Below the pieces are notes generated by a model. The model worked only from the letters and a program-made list of their open reading frames with translations, was not told the origin of the DNA and ran no database searches. Below are positions 1-9,817 of a stretch of DNA of 47,672 bases, one piece after another (position 1 is the stretch's first letter; the number at the start of each line of letters is the position of its first letter). The DNA is from a virus (Duplodnaviria; Caudoviricetes). The stretch spans positions 1 through 47,672 of the IMG/VR virus record IMGVR_UViG_3300035670_005978; one strand, 5' to 3'. The translations under genes and the position numbers were made by a program.

Positions 1-2
1 TA

Positions 3-1199
3 ATTACGGCTGTATTACAAGATAAGCAGATTCATGTATTGCTACAGGCTAATGTCGAAAATCTTTTAAGAACTCACGGAGATATTTGGAATTTTATAAA
101 ACTGTATTTTGAGAATAACTCATCATTGCCTCCATCAGATTTGGTTAGAGAAAAGTTTAGGGATTTTGATCCAACCCCAGGGGTAGGCGCAACTAAGCAT
201 CATCTAGAAGAATTACAGGGAGAATACTTAAACGATAGTCTAAAAGATATTCTGAGATCTGCTGCAACACAGGTTCAGCATGGTGAAGGTGGCAAGGCTT
301 TAGAAAGCCTTATTACTCAGACATCTGAATTAAAAAAGAATACTGCTGCTATTCGTGATATTGATGTGACAGACCTAGAGTCTGCAATTGCTTACTTTGA
401 AAATGTAAAGAAGCAACAGGCCCTAGGACATGTTGGCATTAAGACTGGCTTGCCAGGATTTGACAACTATCTGCCTTCTGGAATCATGCCAGGGCAGTTG
501 GGAGTCTTCTTGGCATACCCAGGTATCGGAAAGTCATGGTTGGCTCTCTATTTCGCTGTACAGGCCTGGAAACAGGGTCGTAGCCCACTTGTCATAAGTC
601 TTGAAATGTCTGAAACCGAGGTTCGTAATCGTGTGTTTACCATCATGGGCGAGGGTCGATGGTCTCATAGAAAACTCAGCAACGGCGATGTAGAACTAGA
701 TATGCTTAAAGATTGGCATGCTAAGAACCTTCAGGGCAAGCCAGAGTTTCATATCATATCAAATGATCAGGGTGGAGAGATTAACCCTTCAGTTCTTCGT
801 GGAAAAATTGACCAGTACAAGCCAGACTTTGTGATCGTTGACTACCTTCAGTTGATGGCTCCTAATCAGAAGTCAGATAATGAAACGGTACGAATGAAGA
901 ACCTTTCACGAGAACTTAAACTTATGGCTATTGGTGAAGAGGTTCCTATTATTGCTATATCTTCCGCCACCCCAGATGATGTTAGTGATTTGTCTACGGT
1001 CCCTACACTGGGCCAAACAGCATGGTCTAGACAGATTGCATATGATGCTGACTGGGTATTGGCACTGGGGCGTGGAGCCAATAGTGACATTATTGAGTGT
1101 GCCTTTAGAAAGAACAGAAATGGTTTTATGGGAGACTTTCTAGTGCAGTGTGATTTTGATAAAGGCTATTACAGATATAAAGATTTTGAAGATAAGTAG
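3..1199 (+). CDS. dnaB: DnaB-like replicative helicase (5' truncated by window)
   Basis: Walker A AYPGIGKS, SLEMS, Walker B VIVDYLQL, KNRNG; frame is open to the window edge. Confidence 0.92.
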   Translation: MTAVLQDKQIHVLLQANVENLLRTHGDIWNFIKLYFENNSSLPPSDLVREKFRDFDPTPGVGATKHHLEELQGEYLNDSLKDILRSAATQVQHGEGGKALESLITQTSELKKNTAAIRDIDVTDLESAIAYFENVKKQQALGHVGIKTGLPGFDNYLPSGIMPGQLGVFLAYPGIGKSWLALYFAVQAWKQGRSPLVISLEMSETEVRNRVFTIMGEGRWSHRKLSNGDVELDMLKDWHAKNLQGKPEFHIISNDQGGEINPSVLRGKIDQYKPDFVIVDYLQLMAPNQKSDNETVRMKNLSRELKLMAIGEEVPIIAISSATPDDVSDLSTVPTLGQTAWSRQIAYDADWVLALGRGANSDIIECAFRKNRNGFMGDFLVQCDFDKGYYRYKDFEDK

Positions 1200-1211
1200 G
1201 TATAATATGGT

Positions 1212-1565
1212 ATGTCAAAAAATAAGGAAAACATCCCGCCAGATTTTTATCATCACAAGCCTCTTAGAAAGTTTTACATAGATGGCGTAATTCAGGATGA
1301 GGCCTTGTTGGGCAGATTAAAAATTGAATATATAAGGTTGTTAGTTTCAGAGATGAGGCTATGTGGGTATGTGCCAAGACTTGATCTTGACCCAGACTTC
1401 ACAATAAGGTATAATGATATAAAAGACTTTTTTGAATTTGAATTATCTATACACGGAGTTTACGCAGGGAAAAGGAAAAGCGAATGGATAGCAGGAATAG
1501 ATGGAACCAATCCAATTCCTATACAGCAGAACAGGTTAAGAGAGTCCTTACAGGATCAGGCATAA
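1212..1565 (+). CDS. hypothetical protein, probably leaderless
   Basis: 117-aa ORF between helicase and primase; TATAAT at 1201-1206 lies 5 nt before the ATG. Confidence 0.7.
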   Translation: MSKNKENIPPDFYHHKPLRKFYIDGVIQDEALLGRLKIEYIRLLVSEMRLCGYVPRLDLDPDFTIRYNDIKDFFEFELSIHGVYAGKRKSEWIAGIDGTNPIPIQQNRLRESLQDQA

Positions 1566-2428
1566 ATGTTGAGTCTGAACTAGATGCTGATTTTATAATA
1601 TTTTGTCCATTTCATAATAATCATAGGACCCCAGCAGGAGAGGTGCAGAAAAACAGCGGAATGTTTTTCTGTTTTTCTTGTCAAAAGTCTGCAGATCTGA
1701 TAGAACTTGTAATGCATACCTCTGGCAGAACATATTTTGAGGCAGCAAGATTTATTAAAACAAAAGAAAAGTTAAGTAATCTGGTGGTAGACATTGATCG
1801 TACTCTTGCCGAAGAAGAAAAATATAAACCATTTGATGAATTAATAATTAAGAGATTGCACAATAATCTTTGTTCTCTAGAAAGACCAAAAGATTATTTT
1901 ATATATCGAAAAATAACTCAGCAATCCTGGAATAAGTTTTCTTTAGGTTATTCAGAAAAACAAGATATGGTAACTGTTCCAGTGCACAGCCCAGACGGAG
2001 TGCCACTCGGATTTGTTGGCAGGTCTATTGAGGGTAAAGATTTTAAAAACACACCAGGCCTACCTAAAAGTAAAACACTGTTTAACTTGCATCGTGTAAA
2101 GAAATCTGATAAAGTATACATTGTAGAGTCATCTTTTGATGCGATAAGACTGGATCAGGTGGGCATTCCAGCAGTTGCAACACTGGGTGCAAATGTATCA
2201 AATAAACAAATAGAATTGCTTCAAAAGTATTTCAATAACATTATTGTTATTGCTGACAACGATGAAGCAGGAGGAAACATGAAGGACAGAATAGTTGAAA
2301 GACTTGGCTCTCGTGTTTCTGTTATTAAAATAAATAAACAATATAAAGATATAGGCGATATGCCAGATGAAGAAATTAAAAATTTGAGTTTTTCATTTGA
2401 CAAAAGCATAGAGTCTATGCTAAACTAA
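1484..2428 (+). CDS. dnaG: DNA primase (CHC2 zinc finger + TOPRIM)
   Basis: CPFH...CFSC zinc finger, VESSFD and ADNDEAG TOPRIM motifs. Confidence 0.92.
   Translation: MDSRNRWNQSNSYTAEQVKRVLTGSGINVESELDADFIIFCPFHNNHRTPAGEVQKNSGMFFCFSCQKSADLIELVMHTSGRTYFEAARFIKTKEKLSNLVVDIDRTLAEEEKYKPFDELIIKRLHNNLCSLERPKDYFIYRKITQQSWNKFSLGYSEKQDMVTVPVHSPDGVPLGFVGRSIEGKDFKNTPGLPKSKTLFNLHRVKKSDKVYIVESSFDAIRLDQVGIPAVATLGANVSNKQIELLQKYFNNIIVIADNDEAGGNMKDRIVERLGSRVSVIKINKQYKDIGDMPDEEIKNLSFSFDKSIESMLN
2397..2426 (+). promoter_or_regulatory. sigma70-type promoter for the SSB-DnaE operon
   Basis: TTGACA-N18-TAAACT with TG extension; AAGGAG RBS downstream. Confidence 0.65.
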
Positions 2429-2449
2429 TACAAACACAAAGGAGAAAAT

Positions 2450-3106
2450 ATGAGCATTGTAAAGGGAATTAAAAACATAAACGCCCTGCTCGACAAACCA
2501 AAGTATGAAAATGATGGACCAAAGGTAAAGTGGTTAAAACTTGCTGATGGTCAATCTGTAAAAATTAGATTCATCGAAGAATTAGATGAAGACTCTGCAA
2601 ACTATAGCGAGAAGCGTGGACTAGCGCTTGTTGTTAAAGAGCATGTTAATCCAAAGGACTATAAGCGCAAGGCTGTAGATACCATGGATACAGAAGGCCG
2701 TGACTGGGCAGAAGAAATGCACCGTAAAGATCCAAAGGCTGGGTGGAGAGCCCGACTTCGCTTTTACTGCAATGTCTTAGTAGACGACGGTATTGAAGCG
2801 CCATATGTTGCAATCTGGTCAATGGGTATCAGCAAGCAATCATCATTCAACACAATTCGTGAGTATGCCCTTGAGACAGGCAGTATCTCAAACGTAGTAT
2901 GGAAGTTAAAGCGTAATGGTCAGGGCACTGAAACCAACTACACTCTAATTCCATCATCGCCAGACAAGGAACCATTTGACTGGGGAACAATCGAACCATA
3001 TCCATTGGAGTCAGCACTAAAGAAGATTCCATATGCGGAACAAGAAGCGTTCTATTTGGGCTTTGACGGCCCTTCAGTAACTTCGTCTACCAACGCTGAT
3101 TGGTAA
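2450..3106 (+). CDS. phage single-stranded DNA-binding protein (putative)
   Basis: Lies between primase and polymerase; KxRF...KRNGQGTETNY pattern; acidic/aromatic tail ending ADW; strong RBS. Confidence 0.65.
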   Translation: MSIVKGIKNINALLDKPKYENDGPKVKWLKLADGQSVKIRFIEELDEDSANYSEKRGLALVVKEHVNPKDYKRKAVDTMDTEGRDWAEEMHRKDPKAGWRARLRFYCNVLVDDGIEAPYVAIWSMGISKQSSFNTIREYALETGSISNVVWKLKRNGQGTETNYTLIPSSPDKEPFDWGTIEPYPLESALKKIPYAEQEAFYLGFDGPSVTSSTNADW

Positions 3107-3107
3107 G

Positions 3108-6100
3108 ATGAACTACGTAGGCTTACATGTCCATACCCATTTTAGTTTGTTTGATGGGGTTGCTACTCCAGAAGAATACGTGAACCGTGCAGTTGAGTTG
3201 GGGATGCCAGCAATTGCTATCACCGACCACGGTACTTTATCTGGGCATAGGGAACTGCACCGTATTGCAAAAGCAAATGGCATAAAGCCAATTCTTGGGC
3301 TAGAGGGATACATGTGTGCAGACATATCTGATACACGAGATAAGTCTGAACGAGAAGGTCAACAAGATCTTGTCTACAATCACATTATCCTTCTAGCCAA
3401 GAATCAAATTGGTTTGGAAAATTTAAATAAGATTAGTGAACTATCTTGGACAGATGGTTTTTTTAAAAAGCCACGATTTGACTTTAATATTTTAGAAAAG
3501 TATAAAGAGGGAATTATTGTTACCTCTGCTTGCCCAAGTAGCGTACTTGTAAAAGCGTTAGAAGAAGAAGAGTTTGCTCTTGCTAAGAAATATATCTCTT
3601 GGTTTAAAGAACGGTTTGGAGATGATTACTATATTGAAGTCATGCCACATAACGAAGCCCACATAAACAAATATCTTATAGAACTTGCAGATGAGTTTGG
3701 CATCAAGGTTGTTGTCACACCAGATTGCCACCATGTTGATTCATCACAAAAAGAAGTTCAAGAATTTAAATTGCTTTTAAATACACATGTCAAGTTTATA
3801 AAAGATGCTACATATGAAAAATCAAAAAAGAAAAAAGATATGATGGAACGCCTTGACTATCTTTATGGCGAAGACCGTCAGATTACATTTAATAAGTTTG
3901 ATATCCACCTGCTCTCATACGAAGAGATTAAAGCAGCCATGGAATCGCAGGGTATTGATAGACCTGACATCTACTCAAATACATTACTACTAGCAGATAC
4001 AGTAGGAGACTATGGTATTCAAGAAGGCCTAAGCCTTCTACCAGTACAATACAAGAATCCTGACAAGGAACTTGCAAAAGTTGCTATGGAAGGCTTGGTT
4101 GAACGAGGTTTGTCAGAAAAGCAAGAGTATCTTGATAGACTTGAAGAAGAATTGCAGATTATTAAAGACAAAAAGTTTGCACCATACTTCCTTGTTGTAA
4201 GCAACATGATTAACTGGGCAAAGAAGGAAGAGATAATGGTTGGTCCTGGTCGTGGCTCATCTGCTGGTTCTCTGGTTTGCTATGCACTAAAGATTACGGA
4301 CATTGATCCTATTGAGCACAAACTTTTGTTCTTCCGCTTTATTAACCCAGAGCGTAATGATTTTCCAGACATTGATACAGATATTCAGGATACTCGTCGT
4401 GAAGAGGTCAAAGACTATCTAGTTAGACAGTATCGACATGTTGCATCTATTGCAACATTCCTTGAATTTACTGGTAAGGGAATTGTCAGAGATGTTGCAC
4501 GAATATTAAACATTCCTCTTTCAGATGTAAACAAAGTATTAAAGACAGTAGACTCATGGGATGACTATTGCACATCAAAATCAACATATGAGTTTCGTGA
4601 AAAATATCCAGAAGTAGAGATTTACGGAGAACAACTTCGTGGTCGTATTCGTGGAACAGGCATACATGCAGCAGGTGTAGTAACAAGCAAGGAGCCAATC
4701 TTTAGGTATGCACCGCTTGAAACTAGATCATCTACTGGCTCTGACGAAAGAATTCCTGTTGTAGGTGTAGACATGGAAGAGGCTGAGAGAATCGGTTTGA
4801 TTAAAATTGATGCATTAGGACTTAAGACTCTTTCGGTTCTTAAAGACACTATTGATATAATTAAAGAGCGAGATGGCAAAAAGATTAACCTTCTTAAAAT
4901 AAAGATGGATGATGCAAATGTATATCAGATGTTATCAGATGGATACACAAAGGGTGTGTTCCAGTGTGAAGCAGCACCATACACAAACCTTCTTGTCAAG
5001 ATGGGCGTTAAAAACCTAAATGAACTTGCAGCATCCAACGCTCTTGTTCGTCCAGGTGCTATGAATACTATTGGAAAAGACTATCTTGATCGTAAACATG
5101 GTCGTCAAAACATATCTTATATTCATCAAGTACTAAAAGAATTTACGGAGGACACTTATGGCTGTATTCTTTACCAGGAACAAGTTATGCAAGCATGCGT
5201 ACACCTTGGCGGTATGTCCATGTCGGAAGCAGATAAAGTTAGAAAGATCATTGGAAAGAAAAAAGATGCCAAAGAATTTGATCAGTTTAAAGAGAAATTC
5301 GTACAGGGTGCATCCCAATACATTACACCACATGCTGCCTTAGATCTATGGCATGACTTTGAGGCTCACGCAGGGTACTCATTTAACAAGTCTCACGCAG
5401 TAGCATATTCAACACTATCTTATTGGACAGCATGGCTAAAGTATTATTACCCACTTGAGTTTATGTACTCAGTGCTAAAAAATGAAAAGGATAAAGATGC
5501 ACGAACTGAATATCTTATTGAAGCGAAAAGAATGGGGATTAGCATTAAACTACCTCATATTAACGATTCGGATATTGATTTTAAAATTGAAGGTAAGGGT
5601 ATTCGGTTTGGATTGTCGGGGATCAAGTTTATCTCTGATAAGATTGCAGAACGATATATATCGGCACGACCTTTTAAGTCTTATGAAGAACTTGAGCAGT
5701 TTACATTCACAAAAGGCAATGGAGTAAATAGCAGAGCGCTTCAGGCGCTTAGGGCAATTGGAGCAGCAACATTTCCAGATAATCCAAGAAATGACCAAGA
5801 GATAAAAGAAAACTTATATGAATATTTAAACCTGCCAGAATTTAATATAACAATTCCTTCACACTATTATGCTTTCATTCAGGACATTGTAGATTTTGAA
5901 GAAAAGGGTTCTTATATTTTTATGGGTATGGTAAAATCTATTAAAAGGGGAACAGGATGGTCACGAGTTGAAATTTTGGACAAGACTGGGTCTGTCGGTA
6001 TATTTGATGATGAAAATACCACTATTGAGACGGGTCGTTCTTATTTGGTTCTTTGTAATGATAACAGGATTGTATCTTTCATACCATCTGAGCAAATAAA

Positions 6101-6383
6101 AGACTCTTCAAGTGCGTTGGTTAAATTCTTAGGATATAAGCAGTTGCCATATAAAGATGATGAAATGTTTGTGGTGTCTTTTAAGCCAAGAGTAACAAAG
6201 GCTGGAAAGAAGATGGCATCCTTAACTCTTGCAGATACAAAAAGAGATCTTCACTCAATAACAGTGTTTCCAACATCATTTGCAAAGGCATACATGCACA
6301 TTGAAGAAGGAAAATATTATAAGTTTGAATTTGGAAAAACAAAAGACGGAACCGTAACATTGGAGGATGTACATGTCAGTTAG
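3108..6383 (+). CDS. dnaE: DNA polymerase III alpha subunit
   Basis: PHP domain LHVHTHFS..DG and TDHG, GRGSSAGS, PDIDTD, YSFNKSHA; no intein apparent. Confidence 0.97.
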   Translation: MNYVGLHVHTHFSLFDGVATPEEYVNRAVELGMPAIAITDHGTLSGHRELHRIAKANGIKPILGLEGYMCADISDTRDKSEREGQQDLVYNHIILLAKNQIGLENLNKISELSWTDGFFKKPRFDFNILEKYKEGIIVTSACPSSVLVKALEEEEFALAKKYISWFKERFGDDYYIEVMPHNEAHINKYLIELADEFGIKVVVTPDCHHVDSSQKEVQEFKLLLNTHVKFIKDATYEKSKKKKDMMERLDYLYGEDRQITFNKFDIHLLSYEEIKAAMESQGIDRPDIYSNTLLLADTVGDYGIQEGLSLLPVQYKNPDKELAKVAMEGLVERGLSEKQEYLDRLEEELQIIKDKKFAPYFLVVSNMINWAKKEEIMVGPGRGSSAGSLVCYALKITDIDPIEHKLLFFRFINPERNDFPDIDTDIQDTRREEVKDYLVRQYRHVASIATFLEFTGKGIVRDVARILNIPLSDVNKVLKTVDSWDDYCTSKSTYEFREKYPEVEIYGEQLRGRIRGTGIHAAGVVTSKEPIFRYAPLETRSSTGSDERIPVVGVDMEEAERIGLIKIDALGLKTLSVLKDTIDIIKERDGKKINLLKIKMDDANVYQMLSDGYTKGVFQCEAAPYTNLLVKMGVKNLNELAASNALVRPGAMNTIGKDYLDRKHGRQNISYIHQVLKEFTEDTYGCILYQEQVMQACVHLGGMSMSEADKVRKIIGKKKDAKEFDQFKEKFVQGASQYITPHAALDLWHDFEAHAGYSFNKSHAVAYSTLSYWTAWLKYYYPLEFMYSVLKNEKDKDARTEYLIEAKRMGISIKLPHINDSDIDFKIEGKGIRFGLSGIKFISDKIAERYISARPFKSYEELEQFTFTKGNGVNSRALQALRAIGAATFPDNPRNDQEIKENLYEYLNLPEFNITIPSHYYAFIQDIVDFEEKGSYIFMGMVKSIKRGTGWSRVEILDKTGSVGIFDDENTTIETGRSYLVLCNDNRIVSFIPSEQIKDSSSALVKFLGYKQLPYKDDEMFVVSFKPRVTKAGKKMASLTLADTKRDLHSITVFPTSFAKAYMHIEEGKYYKFEFGKTKDGTVTLEDVHVS

Positions 6384-7383
6384 TTTAGAAGAAGCGTTAG
6401 CACAACTTGATCCCAAGTTGAGGAAAAGACTTGGAAGTGGTGTAGGTGTTAACTTTGAATATCAGCCAACGCCTAGTTTTGGTTTAAATCGTGCACTTGG
6501 CGGAGGACTTCCGTACGGCAGACAAGTACTTATATGGGGATCAAAATCGTCCGCCAAGTCCTCTATGTGCCTTCAGATGATTGCTTTGGCACAAGCAGAG
6601 GGTAAATTGTGTGCTTGGATTGATTCAGAAATGTCATACTCAGAAGAGTGGGCTCGTAAAATGGGGGTAGATCCAGAAAAACTAATCTATTCACAAGCAA
6701 GAACTATCAGCGACATGGTAGATGTTGGGGTAGGCCTAATGAATGCTGGGGTTGATTTAATTGTGGTAGACTCTATTACGTCAATGCTTCCTGCAATTTA
6801 TTTTGAAAAGGACACTGATGAAATGAAGCCTTTGGAAAACACAAAGCAGATTGGAGCAGAATCTCGTGACTTTAGCAACGCATGGAAAATGCTTAACTAT
6901 GCTAACAATAAAGTTAAGCCTACTCTGCTTGTCCTTATTAGCCAGTCTCGTAATAACATTAATGCTATGTATACTAGCCAGCAGCCTTCTGGTGGTCAGG
7001 CTACTAAGTTTTATTCTTCTTGCGTTATTAAGTTATTTAGTTCCGAGTCAGACAATCAAGCGATTAAAGGAAAAATTAAAATAGGAGATAAATTGATTGA
7101 AGAAAAAATTGGAAGAACCATTAGGTGGGAACTTCAATTTTCTAAAACATCTCCAGGCTTCCAATCGGGAGAGTATGATTTTTATTTTAGAGGAGACAAT
7201 GTTGGACTAGATACTATCGGTGACTTAGTTACAACAGCAGAATTAAATGGAGTAATAGAAAGAACTGGGGCCTGGTATATGCTTCCAGATGGTACAAAAG
7301 TTCAAGGTAAAGAAGCATTTGTTAATCGTGTAAGAGAGGATCTTGACTTGCAAGAGTTTATCAAGAACAAACTAAATGGCTAA
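6373..7383 (+). CDS. recA: RecA/UvsX-like recombinase
   Basis: ALGGGLPYGR, variant Walker A GSKSSAKS, WIDSE, IVVDS, GGQATKFYSS. Confidence 0.92.
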   Translation: MSVSLEEALAQLDPKLRKRLGSGVGVNFEYQPTPSFGLNRALGGGLPYGRQVLIWGSKSSAKSSMCLQMIALAQAEGKLCAWIDSEMSYSEEWARKMGVDPEKLIYSQARTISDMVDVGVGLMNAGVDLIVVDSITSMLPAIYFEKDTDEMKPLENTKQIGAESRDFSNAWKMLNYANNKVKPTLLVLISQSRNNINAMYTSQQPSGGQATKFYSSCVIKLFSSESDNQAIKGKIKIGDKLIEEKIGRTIRWELQFSKTSPGFQSGEYDFYFRGDNVGLDTIGDLVTTAELNGVIERTGAWYMLPDGTKVQGKEAFVNRVREDLDLQEFIKNKLNG

Positions 7384-7552
7384 CTACAGCGTTTATGAAG
7401 GCAAGTTTCCTTGCAGAACATGTAAAGAAGAGGTAAAGACAATTAGGGTTTACATGGAAACTGGAATGTCATCTTGGATGTGTTCTCAAAAACATTTATC
7501 AGAAACTCAGTTATTTAAAGTAGGATACAAAAAGGTAAAAAAGCATGAGTGA
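7376..7552 (+). CDS. small zinc-binding hypothetical protein (58 aa, absent from ORF track)
   Basis: MANYSVYEGKFPCRTC...WMCSQKH; fills the gap and overlaps both neighbours. Confidence 0.7.
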   Translation: MANYSVYEGKFPCRTCKEEVKTIRVYMETGMSSWMCSQKHLSETQLFKVGYKKVKKHE

Positions 7553-7835
7553 AAAATCTGAAAGCAAAAGAATAGGTGCCAAGAAGCACAAGAACTCTGG
7601 CAGAAATACCAAGAAGGGTGATGCCACTTGGGGAAATTTTACTGTAGATTTTAAAGAGAACTCAAAATCTTTTACGCTTAATCAAGATGTGTGGGCTAAG
7701 GCTACTACAGATGCTATACGAAATGGCAATGATCCAGCCATCGTAGTTGTACTTGGCGAGGGAAGCAAGAAGGTCAGACTTGCTATAATAGAGTTAGAAC
7801 TACTAGAACAGATGGTGAAAAATGGAACAGAATAA
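7545..7835 (+). CDS. PD-(D/E)XK nuclease / Holliday junction resolvase-like
   Basis: E...NSG...KGD...VDFK pattern of small Hjc-like nucleases. Confidence 0.55.
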   Translation: MSEKSESKRIGAKKHKNSGRNTKKGDATWGNFTVDFKENSKSFTLNQDVWAKATTDAIRNGNDPAIVVVLGEGSKKVRLAIIELELLEQMVKNGTE

Positions 7836-8127
7836 AACAACAATAGAAATGATAAACGGTTTGTCCGATATAGCAGAGTACATGGAGGATGAGGAACTTA
7901 CAACAGCCCTTACTTTCATTGCCAAGATAATTGTTAAACCAGACATACCATTGAATGTGGCTACAGTCGAGATTGTAAGACTTCAGGCTATTGCAGCAAA
8001 GATGTCCCTAAGAGCAACTTGGATGGCTAATGTGGATAAGTCAGACAGAGGAAAGAAGAATATTTACTATACGGCAGCAGAGGCAATAAATAATCTTGTG
8101 TCTGCTTTAAAGTATATAATTCGATAA
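7822..8127 (+). CDS. hypothetical helical protein
   Basis: 101-aa ORF coupled to its neighbours. Confidence 0.7.
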   Translation: MEQNKTTIEMINGLSDIAEYMEDEELTTALTFIAKIIVKPDIPLNVATVEIVRLQAIAAKMSLRATWMANVDKSDRGKKNIYYTAAEAINNLVSALKYIIR

Positions 8128-8159
8128 TCTGCTATACTTATACTAACAGAAAGAGAAAA

Positions 8160-8975
8160 ATGACAAAAAATTTACTACATACAGTTATGATAAAAACGGA
8201 AGAAAAGCCAGTCCATTCTATGGATGTTGACGGGCTTGTATTAAAAATAAAAGAGGGATACACAATTAATCGTGTAGACAAGCACACAACAAAGAAAACA
8301 TTTGCTCCATCAACAATATCATATGGACATGGAGAATGTGCTAGATATTGGTATCTCGCTTTTGAGGGCCAAATATTTGAAGATAATGCTGATGCATATG
8401 CTGCAGCAAATATGTCTGCTGGAACACTGTCCCATGCTAGAATACAAAATGCAATGATGCATTCGGGTGTAGCAAAAATATTTCGTGATGAAAATAATGA
8501 CGCAACAACAGAGTTTAAAATTGTTCATGACGATCCACCAATTTTTGGCTATGGCGATGTGATGCTTAACTGGCAAAATGAAGAGTTGGTTGGCGAAATT
8601 AAAACAATGATGAATGAGGGTTTTGAGTATAGAAAGGCATCTGGCAAAGGAAAGTTGGGACACCTGATGCAACTTCTCATTTATATGAAAATTTTAAAGA
8701 AACCAAAAGGTGTTTTGATTTATGAAAATAAAAATAATCATGAACTTCTTTTGATTCCTGTTGAAGTAAACGATCATTACCGTCGGTGGGTAGACCAGGC
8801 ATTTGATTGGATGAGACTAGTTAGAAAGACATGGGAAGACAAAACCTTGCCAAATAAAAACTATAGATCAAACTCCAAGATATGCAAGTCATGCCCAATT
8901 CAAAAAGCATGTGAGTCTGCAGGACAAGGCGTAATTAAAATACCGCCCCTGGAGACATTAAGTGAGACATTGTAA
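8160..8975 (+). CDS. Cas4/AddB-like PD-(D/E)XK exonuclease with 4-Cys Fe-S motif
   Basis: N-terminal CARY, GD...EIKT, QLLIY, C-terminal CKSCPIQKAC. Confidence 0.8.
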   Translation: MTKNLLHTVMIKTEEKPVHSMDVDGLVLKIKEGYTINRVDKHTTKKTFAPSTISYGHGECARYWYLAFEGQIFEDNADAYAAANMSAGTLSHARIQNAMMHSGVAKIFRDENNDATTEFKIVHDDPPIFGYGDVMLNWQNEELVGEIKTMMNEGFEYRKASGKGKLGHLMQLLIYMKILKKPKGVLIYENKNNHELLLIPVEVNDHYRRWVDQAFDWMRLVRKTWEDKTLPNKNYRSNSKICKSCPIQKACESAGQGVIKIPPLETLSETL

Positions 8976-9246
8976 TTTTTGTGACAAACAGTTTGATCAG
9001 TCAGTATCCTATCAGATATACTGTTCTGTTGATTGTAGGGACCTTGCAACAAAAGAAAAAATTGCTGCAAGGTACCTGCAGTCTAAAAGATTAAAAAGAA
9101 AGGGCAAAACTAGACTTTGCAAATCGTGTTCTATGCCACTATCAATATATAATGATTTTCAAATTTGTTCTTCATGTGCAGTAAATCCAGATGCGGTTGC
9201 AAAAGCAATAAAAAAAATTAAGGATAAATCAAATGACAAAAAATAA
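8962..9246 (+). CDS. Cys-rich zinc-finger protein
   Basis: CNFC, YCSVDC, CKSC, CSSC. Confidence 0.7.
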   Translation: MRHCNFCDKQFDQSVSYQIYCSVDCRDLATKEKIAARYLQSKRLKRKGKTRLCKSCSMPLSIYNDFQICSSCAVNPDAVAKAIKKIKDKSNDKK

Positions 9247-9817
9247 ATGGGGAATGAATGTGTTACCCAAAACCATATGCTCTATTGATGCCAGCACAAA
9301 TAGTTTTGCATTTGCTTTATTTGATACCCAACAAAAAACATTAGGAAGGGTAGGTAAAATTAAATTTGAAGGAAGCGACATTTATGAAAAGGTTGTAGAT
9401 GCTGGAAAAAAAACTAAGGCGTTTTTTGATTATTGTGGCGGGTTTGAAGCAATCGTAATTGAGCATACTGTCTTTATGAACAGTCCAAAAACTGCTGCAG
9501 ACTTAGCCCTAGTTCAGGGGGCAATCCTTGGATCGGCAGGTCAAACTGGAACCACTACGATAGGAAAAGTAGCCCCAATAACTTGGCAAAACTATATTGG
9601 AAATAAAAAAATATCAAAAGAGGAACAGTTAATTATTAGATCTCAAAATCCAAACAAGTCCTTATCTTGGTATAAGGGGCATGAAAGAAACTTAAGAAAA
9701 GAAAGAACAATTAGATTTATCAATACAATATATGATAGAAATATAGATGATAACGATGTTGCTGATGCTTGCGGAATTGGGCACTGGGCTATAAATAATT
9801 GGGGCAAGGCCATATGA
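9233..9817 (+). CDS. RuvC-like Holliday junction resolvase
   Basis: SIDAST, IVIE and DVADA acidic motifs of the RNase H/RuvC fold. Confidence 0.75.
   Translation: MTKNKWGMNVLPKTICSIDASTNSFAFALFDTQQKTLGRVGKIKFEGSDIYEKVVDAGKKTKAFFDYCGGFEAIVIEHTVFMNSPKTAADLALVQGAILGSAGQTGTTTIGKVAPITWQNYIGNKKISKEEQLIIRSQNPNKSLSWYKGHERNLRKERTIRFINTIYDRNIDDNDVADACGIGHWAINNWGKAI

Noticed and set aside
8160-8975. Cas4-like gene as part of a CRISPR-Cas system
   Set aside because: No repeat-spacer array or other cas genes seen; it sits among recombination genes, as solo phage Cas4-like nucleases do
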